From: Eledone cirrhosa
Taxonomy: Eukaryota
Direction of reading: 5' to 3'
NCBI GenBank assembly: GCA_964016885.1
Contig: OZ024740.1
Coordinates: 393,080,001 to 393,144,000 of the forward strand
Length of the DNA stretch: 64,000 nt
Below, piece after piece: positions 1 to 11,100 of this stretch; within the stretch, counting starts at the first letter, position 1, and each line of letters begins with the position of its first letter. The translations under genes and the position numbers were made by a program. The notes beneath the pieces were generated by a model. The model saw nothing but the letters and a program-made list of their open reading frames with translations, made no database searches and was not told where the DNA came from.

Positions 1-706
1 AAATTTCGGTTATCTAAGGGGAAGTTGTCGAATGATAATACATCGTAAATTTTACTTGGTTTGAAAGTTGTTGGTATCATTTAACCAACATACTTTATTG
101 TCAGCGAGAAATGAAATAAGAAGTAAATAGATATCTATCAATGTCAAACAGGCACCACATCGTTTTGGTCTTTTATTTACGAAATAAACAGTTGGCTCGT
201 TTTTTTAATAAAATTTCATAATTCAATTAGAAGTTTTTGAAGTACGAGCCGTCACTCTCAAATGGTTTTGAAATACATACATGTACTATAACCTTTTTGT
301 TTATGAAAGGTTTCATCTCATCTTATTTTGCTATCCCCGTCAGTAACTGACGTAATTTACTCTTGTGACCAGGTGTTGCTTTGGGAGAGACTTTAGCACA
401 TCGTAATTCCTTCTTCCACCCACATCAGGCATTAAACCTATGTAAGAAAACAAATAATAATGGAACTACATAAACGCCACATTTTCTCATTCCATACACC
501 AATAAAGACGAGGTTTTCTTTCACTTTGTAACGAAGTTGTTGCTTAGCTCCAGACAGCTCTTATCATTTTTGGATGTGCAGGCGTTCATAATTTTCCGAC
601 AAAAATGCCTAATTTTAGAGAATACACTGGGAGCATTTTTTGCGACACCCTCATAACCACTTTATTGACTATGAAGGCAGCAACACTAACAATTTATAAG
701 GTGTAC

Positions 707-764
<58 letters not shown>

Positions 765-793
765 AATCACATGAATCAAAGTATTATCCTTAA

Positions 794-842
<49 letters not shown>

Positions 843-1449
843 AATATATTGACAGTTGTAGAAAAAGGAATAGACAAGAAAAATGGAGATTATATGATAT
901 TGATAATATGAAAAAAATATAAACTTATTTTGAAACTTCAAATTTACCACCTTTTTTAAAAACGGAATTTTAAATGAAAATAATAACGTAGAATACGAAT
1001 ATGTCATATTTATGCGTTCTTTGTATAAAACAAGAAATACGCTATATAAGATGTTTAAGTCTAAAGTCTGTCTTAAGCCAGCGGGCTCATTTGGCCGGTG
1101 CTTATCACGGTTTCACGGGGTGAAGCGACTGAGAGTACAATACTCCTCCCCACGACAGGACCTCAGTCCATCGCAGGGTTAAACCCCCAGTCATTTTCAG
1201 CTGAGTATACTGGAGCAACTCAGGAATCGATCCTACGACATTATAATCGTAAGTTCAACACCCTTACCACTAAACCTCTAAAAACCCAAACGGGGAGAAC
1301 CACGGAGAAAAAGTGCTCCAAAACGGGGCGAAATGAGGCAAAATGGTCAATTTTACATTATGAAAGCTATACCCATTTTCACAAGAGAAGACATCCACCC
1401 CAAAGTGGGTGGGAGATTTCCGCGTCCGACGGAGAGAGTACAGGCCTGT

Positions 1450-1645
1450 AATAATTGTTTCTACGTTTGGCACAAGGCCAGCAATCACCCAGTGCATTAC
1501 TGGTACTTTATTTTATCGACCCCGTAAGTATGAAAGGCAAAGTTAACCTCAGCGGGATTTGAACTCAGAATGGCAAGGGCCGTAACTCTATACGTCAAAG
1601 CATGGCGTCCGACTCTCTACCGATACTGCCAATCCACCGCCTGTA
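1450..1645 (-). mobile_element. tRNA-derived SINE (family A, core GCCTTTCATCC...GGGGTCGATAAAATAAAGTACCAG)
   Basis: B-box-like GAGTTCAAATCC followed by the core; near-identical copies at 1683-1997, 37060-37490, 52843-52953 and 53735-53922. Confidence 0.75.
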
Positions 1646-1682
1646 ATAATTGTCAAGGATCATGTTATGCACAGCAATCATT

Positions 1683-1997
1683 TGGATTGGCAGTGTCGGA
1701 AGAGGGTCGGACGCCATGCTTTGACGCATAGTTACGGCCCTTGCCAGCTGCACCTCTCACGCCATTGGGTCCAGATCAGCTCTGATCTAGTAGACATGAT
1801 TAATGGCATTCTTGTCATTTTAAAGGTGTCTCCGATTACATTATTTATTACTTTGACGCATTGAGTTACGGCCATTCTTGGTTCAAATCCCGCCGAGGTT
1901 AACTTTGCCTTTCATCCTTACGGGGTTGATAAAATAAAGTACCAGTAATACACTAGGTAATTGCTGGCCTTGTGCCAAAAAAGTAGAAACAATTATT
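1683..1997 (+). mobile_element. SINE family A copy, inverted relative to 1450-1645, with internal insertion
   Basis: Reverse complement of the 1450-1645 copy, interrupted at ~1747-1850. Confidence 0.72.
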
Positions 1998-3147
1998 TAT
2001 TACATAAATATTTCACATAAAAATATAAAATCAAAACGAAAGAAAATATTAATTCAACACTGAGAGTTTCAATCGGTCACACACCACAAGGGGCATCAGA
2101 GCCTTCCTTTAATACTTTTTGAAGCAAGCCAACACTAATAATTAAGGTGTCCTTTCATTACATAAGAAGTATCTAGGATTACATTATCTGGCATGCCCTT
2201 TTTAAAATATGGTAGTCTGTGTCGACCAATTCTCCAATGCCAAGCACAAAGGCTACATTGTCAGAGCTAAGGTGTGTGTTATAAGACATGAAAGAATGAA
2301 AACTGTATGATGAGCCCAAGTGGCAAAGATGCAACATGGCAACAAAGCTACAATTCGGTCTTTAATGAACCACAATGAGTGCATGCTACTTGATTACGAA
2401 GAGATGTGGGTGGCTTTTCAGCAGCGAGAAGCAGGTTGGATCTCAGGATGATATCCAATGCCTACTTCGATGGTCTGCCGCAAATCAGAAATGGATGTGG
2501 AATATTGCATAAAAACAAAAACAGCCACCAAAATATGGGAGGCAATAGCTGGCTGCATTAGAGGCACATTGCCTAGTCTGGCTCACGAGCTTTATGCTTA
2601 TATGCCAAACTTGTTTGATGACCTCTTGACAGATGTCTACTGTGGACTGGCAGCAAAACTGGAGAATCCCATTTTTGTGAAGCGATGACTGGTTGTACTG
2701 TTGAAAAAGAACTCAAACAAGGGGGATTGCATTGATAATTTTCTGTTCAACACAGTCCGCTAAACACGGTTCAAGATTTTGGCCAATGGTGTTAGCAATG
2801 CCTTGATTGGAGAGGTGCAAATATATACCATACTGAACAGTTCCGTCCATGGCAACCTCCACCTCAATACATCATAGAGAGGATGGGTAAGGAATCTGGC
2901 ACAGCTATAGCCCCGAACAACTTAGATCAATCAAAGGTTTTTGATAGAGTCAACCATCCACATCTGGTAGCTGACCTCAAGGTAGCTAGTTTCAATACTG
3001 TACAGTGACATCAGATGATGGTTAACATAAATGGCCACCTATTGGAACGCTTCAGTATCATCCACCCAGTTCATTAAGATTGTCCCTTCTCATCTTCTCT
3101 GTATGTTCTAACTCTAGATCCACTACTGCCGAAACTGGAGATATTGA

Positions 3148-5637
3148 GTGACATCCCTCAACTTTAAAAAACCCGACAACCACCTGATCACCTATAGATC
3201 AGGGGAGCACTCTAGTCAGTTAGATTTTATCCTCATCAGAGGACGTGACAGATGGACGGTCGTAAACACAAAAGCCTTCCCTAGTGAGGAATGTACATCC
3301 CAACATAGCTTAGTTGTCAGCGACCTCACGGTCAGAACTAGACGAGCCCTGAAACAGAGGCCAACCTGGAGAAGAAAGATCTGGAAGCTGAAAGTCCCCT
3401 CAACCAGTAACAGATTTAAAGATATTTTACTCAACGCCTACGACAGTAAAGAAGAACAGATAGAGACATTTAACGTAGAAGAGAACTGGGAGTTCCTAAA
3501 AAATAACTTACTAGAGGCGACGGATGAGGTTTGTGGCTGGAGTAAGACCTCAAGCAGGAGGAGAGTGACTTGGTGGTGGAACAATAAGGTAGATGAAGCA
3601 GTCAAGGCCAAGAGACAGGCATGGAAAGAATGGAAGAACGGGGGGAGCAGGGTACATTACATAGAGACCAAGAGGGAAGCTAGGCGACAAGTATACTTAG
3701 CTAGGAGGGAAGCAGAGGATAGAAAATTCAAGCATGTTTTACAACGTGAGGACCAGAAACAGGAGGTATTCAAGATTGCGAGGCAGTGTGTCAGAGATAG
3801 TTGTGATGTCATTGGAGAGAAGTGTATCCGGAATGATAAAGGTGAGCTTGCCCTCACAAGTGCTGAGAAGAAAGATGCATGGAAGAGTCATTATGATAGA
3901 TTACTAAATGAGGAGAATGCATGGGAAGAAGAGACCCTACCCCACGTAGACCCTATAGAGGGACCAGCAGTACAAGTCAGCGGCAGCGTAGTAAGTAAGG
4001 CAATCAGAGATATGAAGATAGGGAAGGCAACCGGTCCATCGGGTATAGCTGCCGAGATGCTGAAGGCATCTGGGTCTGTAGGTCACACTATAACCACACG
4101 TATTGTTAACCAGGTAATACTAGAGGGGGCCATACCAAAAGATTGGTGCAGTAGCATCATTGTCAACTGCTACAAAGGTAAAGGCGATGCACTAGATAGA
4201 GGAAACTATAGAGGTATAAAGTTGATGGACCAGGTCATGAAAGTAACAGAAAGAGTTATAGCACAGCTGATTAGGGACCGGGTGAATATAGACGAGATGC
4301 AATTTGGGTTTGTACCAGGGAAAGGCACCACTGATGCGCTCTTCCTTGTGAGGCAATTACAGGAAAAGTACCTAGCTAAAAGTAAGCCACTCTACTTGGC
4401 ATTTGTCGACCTTGAGAAAGCCTTTGACAGAGTTCCACGTGCAGTAATCTGGTGGGCTCTTAGAAAACTAGGAGTAGATGAATGGCTTGTGAAAGCGGTA
4501 CAAGCCATGTATAGAGGAGCAGTCAGCAAAGTTAGGATTGGCAATGAGTATAGCGAGGAATTTAGCGTACAGGTTGGGGTCCACCAGGGCTCTGTTCTTA
4601 GCCCTCTCCTGTTCATCATAGTCCTGCAGGCAATAACGGAGGAGTTTAAGACCGGATGCCCATGGGAACTCCTGTATGCTGATGACCTCGCACTCATAGC
4701 TGAATCTATGGTAGAACTAGAGAATAAATTCCAAACCTGGAAGCAGGGACTAGAGAGAAAGGGCCTCAAAGTCAACATGACAAAGACTAAGGTCCTTATA
4801 AGTAGACGAGAAAACAGAACCCAGATCCCCTCAGGGAAATGGCCTTGCTCAGTATGTAGGAAAGGTGTAGGTAGGAACTCCATTCTTTGCCCCAAATGCA
4901 AACAATGGGTACACAAGAGATGTAGCGGGATCTCAGGAAGCTTAATTAAGAATGTAGGATTCACATGCAGCAGCTGTGCTGAAACAGCAAGCAAACAGCC
5001 ACAGGAAACAAGTACCACCAATCTCTGGGAGGGCCCTGTAGAAACAGTAGACAGCTTCTGCTACCTAGGTGACCGAATTAGCAACGGAGGTGGGTGCTCA
5101 GAAAGTACAATAACTAGGGTAAGAACGGGATGGAAGAAGTTTAGGGAACTACTACCACTGCTAGCTGCAAAAGGCTTCTCCCTCAGAATGAAAGGCAGAC
5201 TGTATGATGCGTGTATCCGAACAGCAATGTTGCATGGTAGTGAGACCTGGGCGCTGAAGGTGGAAGACTTACGTAGATTAGAGAGAAACGAAGCCTGCAT
5301 GCTCCGATGGATGTGTAACAGTAATATACGCGAACGACAAAGCATAAATGAATTGAGAGAGAGACTGAGCATAAGAGGAATCAAATGCTGCGTGCAGGAG
5401 AGGCGGTTACGCTGGTATGGACATGTGATGCGTATGAAGGATGACAGCTGCATAAAAAGGTGCAGAGCACTAGAAGTTGATGGAAACCGCGGAGTGGGGA
5501 GACCCAAGATGACTTGGGATGAGGTGATAAAAGCCGACCTTACCCAACTACACCTCTCAAAGACAATGACACACGACCGTGACCTCTGGCGTCACGCAGT
5601 AATACAGAGTACCCGACCTGCCATGGGTACAAGCTGA
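3148..5637 (+). CDS. RTE LINE reverse transcriptase ORF (N-terminally truncated) with PHD-like finger
   Basis: Uninterrupted 829-aa frame with RT motifs; the first codons come from flanking target DNA. Confidence 0.8.
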   Translation: MTSLNFKKPDNHLITYRSGEHSSQLDFILIRGRDRWTVVNTKAFPSEECTSQHSLVVSDLTVRTRRALKQRPTWRRKIWKLKVPSTSNRFKDILLNAYDSKEEQIETFNVEENWEFLKNNLLEATDEVCGWSKTSSRRRVTWWWNNKVDEAVKAKRQAWKEWKNGGSRVHYIETKREARRQVYLARREAEDRKFKHVLQREDQKQEVFKIARQCVRDSCDVIGEKCIRNDKGELALTSAEKKDAWKSHYDRLLNEENAWEEETLPHVDPIEGPAVQVSGSVVSKAIRDMKIGKATGPSGIAAEMLKASGSVGHTITTRIVNQVILEGAIPKDWCSSIIVNCYKGKGDALDRGNYRGIKLMDQVMKVTERVIAQLIRDRVNIDEMQFGFVPGKGTTDALFLVRQLQEKYLAKSKPLYLAFVDLEKAFDRVPRAVIWWALRKLGVDEWLVKAVQAMYRGAVSKVRIGNEYSEEFSVQVGVHQGSVLSPLLFIIVLQAITEEFKTGCPWELLYADDLALIAESMVELENKFQTWKQGLERKGLKVNMTKTKVLISRRENRTQIPSGKWPCSVCRKGVGRNSILCPKCKQWVHKRCSGISGSLIKNVGFTCSSCAETASKQPQETSTTNLWEGPVETVDSFCYLGDRISNGGGCSESTITRVRTGWKKFRELLPLLAAKGFSLRMKGRLYDACIRTAMLHGSETWALKVEDLRRLERNEACMLRWMCNSNIRERQSINELRERLSIRGIKCCVQERRLRWYGHVMRMKDDSCIKRCRALEVDGNRGVGRPKMTWDEVIKADLTQLHLSKTMTHDRDLWRHAVIQSTRPAMGTS

Positions 5638-5940
5638 AGCATATAGACAATATGCCCCCCCCCCCCCCACCGCAAGGTGGTCGTGGAGGTGCCATGGCAA
5701 AAAAGCACCCAGCCCACACTGTAAAGTGGACGTGTAGGCGCCACGAAAAAGCACCCAGCACTCACTGTAAATGAGGTTGGTGTTAGGAAGGGCATCCAGC
5801 TGTAGAAATCAAGCCAGATCAGTTCCTGTATGAGCAAGGCATGGTCAGCCGACCAGACACTGCCCACAACAGGACAACCCGTCTAACCCATGCTAGCGTG
5901 GAAGAACGGACGTAAAACGGTGATGATGATGATGATGATG
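3161..5940 (+). mobile_element. RTE-clade LINE, 5'-truncated, with intact RT ORF
   Basis: ORF to 5637 with end of the AP endonuclease (SQLDFIL, SQHSLV) and RT (FVDLEKAFD, QGSVLSP, YADD); (GAT)n tail; target-site duplication ATCCCTCA at 3153-3160 and 5941-5948. Confidence 0.93.
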
Positions 5941-7023
5941 ATCCCTCATGAATTAGGATGCAGGAGATCTATGTTGGCACAGTAGTGTTGGACACCAAGC
6001 ACATTGAGGTGACTGGCACTACTCTAAGGAAATATGAGGTCGTGACATGAGCAAAAATTATCCAGAAAAGTAAGTGGGCCTGCAACTCGACCCCTGAAGA
6101 GGGAAGTCCATGCTGTCCAACAGCAGTGAGAGATGCTGGAAGGAGAAACCAGTTAACTTGCTTGGGGTCTGGTTTGGTCCAGATGCCCAAATGAACAAGA
6201 ACTAGGATAGGGTGATGAACAGAGTATCCAGTGTTACCCAGAAATGAACTAAGAGGAAGCTATCTCTGAAAGGTCAGGTAGAAGTGGCAAATGTCTGCAT
6301 GAACTCCATCACCCATTACCACCTGACCATTGTGCCTTGTTCCTTTCATGTCTGACTGAACTGGAGCATCTACTCTTTCACTTTTTGTGGAAAGGACACA
6401 TTCCAATGGTCAGGTGATCCATTTGTTATCAACACCTTAAGCATGGAGGACTAAGCATGCTATTGCTGGTGGTATGCAGATATGAGCTGCAACATCTCTA
6501 GTGTTTCCTTCATGGTTAACAGATGTGGTTGCCATTTGTCAGATAAGCCTTTCATCTCTTTGACAGACCTGCAGACTGTGAAGCTCTGATTAACTTTTTC
6601 AGGTTTTACTTAAAAATAAAAATCAGGTTAGAGAAGGAAGTGCAGTTTGTTGTAAGATGGGTGAAAGAGGCAAGCATCGTCCAAGTGAATGAGTGTGACC
6701 CTGTAGATTGGAGGAGGACAACTGGGCAGGGCACTTGCCCTAGAGACCAGGGCACCCATAGTTTTATGGGTTTTTTCTATGAGCAGCCCTCAAATGTCTC
6801 CACCCTATTGATGAATACTCTTTGTTTGATTTTTATTGTTACCTTTCTTTTTCACTATTGTTAAATCTGTTTACATGCAAAACCCACACTGTTTTTGTCT
6901 TGTGTCGTCCTAATGTTTTCTTGGTGTTAACCCTTGTGGTGAATAAAGAAACCATTATTATAATATCATTATTGAAACCATTATTATAATTATCTTTATT
7001 ATTATTATCATTATTATTATTAT

Positions 7024-8139
7024 TGTTCTTTGAGTCTCAGTCATTGATGTTAGTTAACTGGAAAGTTTGTTGAAATGAATATCAAGCCACTACCTGCAGC
7101 CTCAGATATTCAGGATGTATCGGAGGGTTCTTGCTGTTCCCAGCAAGCATGCCTTTTGAAGTGTTCCAAAAAGTGTGGCGGGGCCAATTTTCTTTAACCA
7201 TCCTTGGAAACTTTTTGAGATAGTACCTAGTGCGCCTATGACAATCGGGACCACTTTGACTTCATGGCAGTTCCAAATCCTTTTTACCTCCCACTTTAAG
7301 TCCTGGTATAGGTTAATTTTCTCCCTCTCCTTCTCTTGCACTCTCGTGTCGAATGGGCAGGCCACATCCACAATTAGGCACAATCTTTTTTCCTTGTCCA
7401 AAACCACCAGGTCAGGTCTATTGTGTTCCAGTTTCTTGTCCGTCTGTATCCTAAAATCCCACAGCACCTTCACCTGATCGTTTTCTATCACCGACTCTGG
7501 CTTATGCTCATACCACTTCTCAGAATGTGGTAAATTGTTTACTTTGCATAGGTGCCAGTGGATCACCCTGCCCATCACATCATGTCTCCAGCCCTTATAG
7601 TGAGTCTGGGCTAGGTGCTTACACTCGGATACAATGTGAGCCACAGTCTCCTCTCTCTCTCCACAGATCCTGCACATTGGGCTAGCCTCCTCCTTGTAAA
7701 TATGGTGTTTCAACCACTTCGTTTTGAGGGCCTGTTCTTGCGCAGCCATTAGCATTCCTTCTGTAGCCTTTTTAAGGTCTCCTCTTTTCAACCAGTTCCA
7801 TGTATGTGGATCTCTGAATTCAGTTTTCTCAAAGAAGGTACTATGAAGGGATTTTTCCTGAAGGCTGCTCTTTCTCCTTGTTATTTTCTCCCTGGACATC
7901 CCCTGGTCTATTGTCCTCTCCTTCAGTACAGTTCTGAGCATTGGCTCCTTACTATCAGTCACGTATTTGTGTAGGTTGTTTTTCCACAGTCCTCTATGCT
8001 GATAAGACCTCTTCCACCTTCAGATCTCCTTAAGTAGAGTCTATCGACATCACTCCTCTTGTGGAACATGTCGTAGATAGTCAATAATTTCCTAGTCTTC
8101 CTATCCATTTCTTTTTGTTCAGCAACATTCCATCTCAGA
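7024..8139 (-). mobile_element. R4/Dong-type LINE 3' fragment (restriction-like endonuclease)
   Basis: ORF 7102-7962: CRICGEREETVAHIVSEC (CCHC), RHD, HNRPDLVV...DVACP...KINLYQDL (PD-(D/E)xK); (TAA)n on both flanks in element orientation. Confidence 0.88.
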
Positions 8140-8169
8140 ATTATTATTATTATTATTATTATTATTATT

Positions 8170-11100
8170 GAATGCTATGGTTGACGGAGGCTCGGCTCTG
8201 TAAGGTATTGTCAATTTTGACCGCTATAACAATTGTAAATTGTTTAAAACTTTAACCAAATTGTAGACAAAAACACCCTCCTCCTCGTGAGAGGGGTCTT
8301 TCTGCCCGTTATTTGGCCCTTCAGGGTTAAATAACCGCTTATTGGGGTTTTGTGCCCAATATTTATTTAAAAAAAACAAAAAAACATGGCTACGAAAAAG
8401 AATTTTCATAGGTCACTCCCACTCATTCCGTCTTCTTCTTCCTCAATCGTCACTACAGCAGAGAGAAGATTGTCTCTCTCTCTCCCTCCCTTCTCTAAAT
8501 GTGTCTCTCTCACTCCCTTCTCTTTCGCAAGCGACGCCAGAAAAGAAAAATCACGTAGAAAGCGTGCAAGATTTCTCCACGACGACAACAACGAAAAAGG
8601 TTTGCGGGAAATACAAAAACCCATTTCATTCGTCTGACGTCAGGAATAATAGCAGTAGCAGCCGTAATAACAGCAGCAGCAGCAACAGTGACAAGGAAAA
8701 CAACAGTAGCAACCAGAACAGCATCAGCAGCAGCATAAACAACAACAGCATTAGCAGCAACAGCAACAACAACAGCAGCAGCAGCAACAACAACAACAAC
8801 CACAGCAACAGCGGCGGCGGCAGTAGTCGTATCTGCAGCAACAACAAAAGTAACAGCAGCTCTGACGACAACAACAGCAGCAAAGAAAAACCAATCTCGT
8901 TTGCAGGTATCGCAAAGAACCTGGAAACCATCATCATCATCATCATCAACGTTTAACGTCCGTGTTCCACGCTTGCATGGGTTTGGACGGGGGTAGTCCC
9001 ACTTGGAGGCAAGAGTGATTGTCTTGCTCGCATAGGACTGTCTGGCAGGTTTTCTACAGTTGGATGCCCTGTTGGATGCCCTTCCTAACACAAACCACAT
9101 TTACAGTGTGGGTCTGGGAGGTTTTTACCGTGTTGCCTACACGGCCACATTACAGCGTGGACTGTGTGTTTTTTTTGTCGTGACACCTACACGATCTCAT
9201 TTGTTTCGGCCTGGATGGCGCGGCACATAATAAATGAGGAATTAGAGGAAGCGAAGAAGATGGTGAAGAAAACCGGACACCGAGCAATCTGCAAGGCAGC
9301 CGAAAAATTTTTCGAAACTCAACAGCACTGTACGGTCACGTACCGTACAGTAAGCACAAAATCCCGTAGGGTTGAAAGAGCCACAGAGGCTCAAATACAA
9401 AAAGCCTTAGGGTCTGTGTGGCAGCGGAAAACGCACATCACCCGAGGCAAGAAATATGCCACCGTAGACGTGCTTTTTTCCACACCCCAGGAGGCAAAGG
9501 GTCAATCCTTAGTGACCCTAAGGAGCGAGGAAATGGTGTTGGTGCCCTCCTACTGTGGGCAAAAAATTGTGAGGGTCAAACTGACCCACGTCCCTCCCGG
9601 GATGGCCCCTTCTTGGCTGGCCGCGTCTGTCCTCGTCGGAATCGAGGACAAAACAACTGTACTGCAAGTACAGAAAAAAGTAAGAGAAGATTGGGTCGGC
9701 ACTTCCATTGAGATGTTAATCCAAACCAACCAGGAGTGCATCGAAGCTATCCCGGATGTGATAGACTTCGATAACAGCACTCAACTGCCCATAAGTGTTG
9801 AGGGCAAACGTCCGAAATGCTTTCGCTGTGGATCGAAGACTCACCTCAGGGCCTTCTGCAACGAGAAGACCCTGAGAAAGGAGAAAACCCCCTTCCTTCC
9901 GAAACCGGCTCCACGGCTACCAGCAACAGGACAAGCGGCAACCAGGAACGATAGGTCCGTGGCACCCATACCCACGCCACGGAAATCAAAAACAGCAGCA
10001 GCAGTGGAAGTATTAACAACAACAACAACAATACCAAATGCAGCTGCAACAGAGACTCCAGTGCAAACATCACCAACAACAACAAGTGAAAGAGTGGAGC
10101 TGGTACCCCTCCCCGACCTCACAGAATCAGACATGGAGTGTGAGGTGGGAGAGGGATGGCAAAAGGTCGTAAGAAGGCACAAACGCAGAAGCAGCGCATC
10201 GTCGCCTTCGAAAAGGGAGGAAAGAAATGAGAAAAGGGTAAAGGCTACTGCAAAGAGACTCACAGCAGCAACACCACCAACACCATCACCACCCACACTA
10301 GCACCACCATCACCACCGGCGACAACCCCACCGCCAACAACAACAACACCTTCAACACCACCACCACAAGCACCAACAGCAAAACACACACACCCAGCAA
10401 CAACGACAAGAAAATAGCAGAACCACACCCCACCCCCAGGAAAACAAATGCACGGCAATAAATACACACAACAAGAAACTAATGACTTACATAATTGAAC
10501 ATACAGACATTTCACAGCACGACTACATAATACCAGCACCAATCAAAACGCCAACTAACATAAGACTGCTAAAAATAGCACAGAAACAATACACAAACAT
10601 TAAAACGAAATTCCCCAACGCAGTTGGTGATTTCAGAGACCTAAGAGGGACTCTCAACCGAAGAGTATATTCGGACATACTCATAGAAGAGCCGACGACC
10701 ATCCGAAGGGACGATTCAACGGTCCCTTCACCAGACGATCAAGTGAAAAGGGATGGAAAAAACCATCCTTCCTCTACGAAAAGTACGGTAAGTGGTCTTT
10801 CCCATCTTTTCCACTCTATTTTAAACATGACCTCACTCAGAATAGGCAGCATAAATGCGCGTGGCTTGGGGTCGTCATGGAAGCAGGGTCACCTGCTCAA
10901 CGACCTTAGGTCACTAAACATAGATGTAGTGGCCATCAGCGAGACCAGAATCTCCGAAGCACGGGCCTTCGCACCGATCTTCGGCGGCTACGATGTGTAC
11001 GCATCTCCCAGCCGTCCTGGATCGAGGGGAGGAGTTGCTGTGCTTTTTCGGAGAGGTTTGGATCTCGCCATATGGGCCGTCTTCCTGGACCCAGGGGGTA

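Larger units (their letters stand above)
2220..6955 (+). mobile_element. Old degenerate Tx1/L1-clade LINE (ORF2 remnant), split by an RTE insertion
   Basis: Segments 2220-3160 and 5941-6955 are collinear with the younger copy at 11680-14295; ends CCCTTGTGG-AATAAAGAAA plus (TTA)n. Confidence 0.8.

Noticed and set aside
605-1007. ORFs rich in YI/RE/VC repeats (also at 39310-39650, 40735-41045, 41899-42233, 61638-61919)
   Set aside because: Translations of (TA)n, (GA)n and (CA)n microsatellites
4392-5507. Long antisense ORFs over RTE copies (also 44743-46650 and 59550-60206)
   Set aside because: Shadow frames of the RT ORF with no independent motifs
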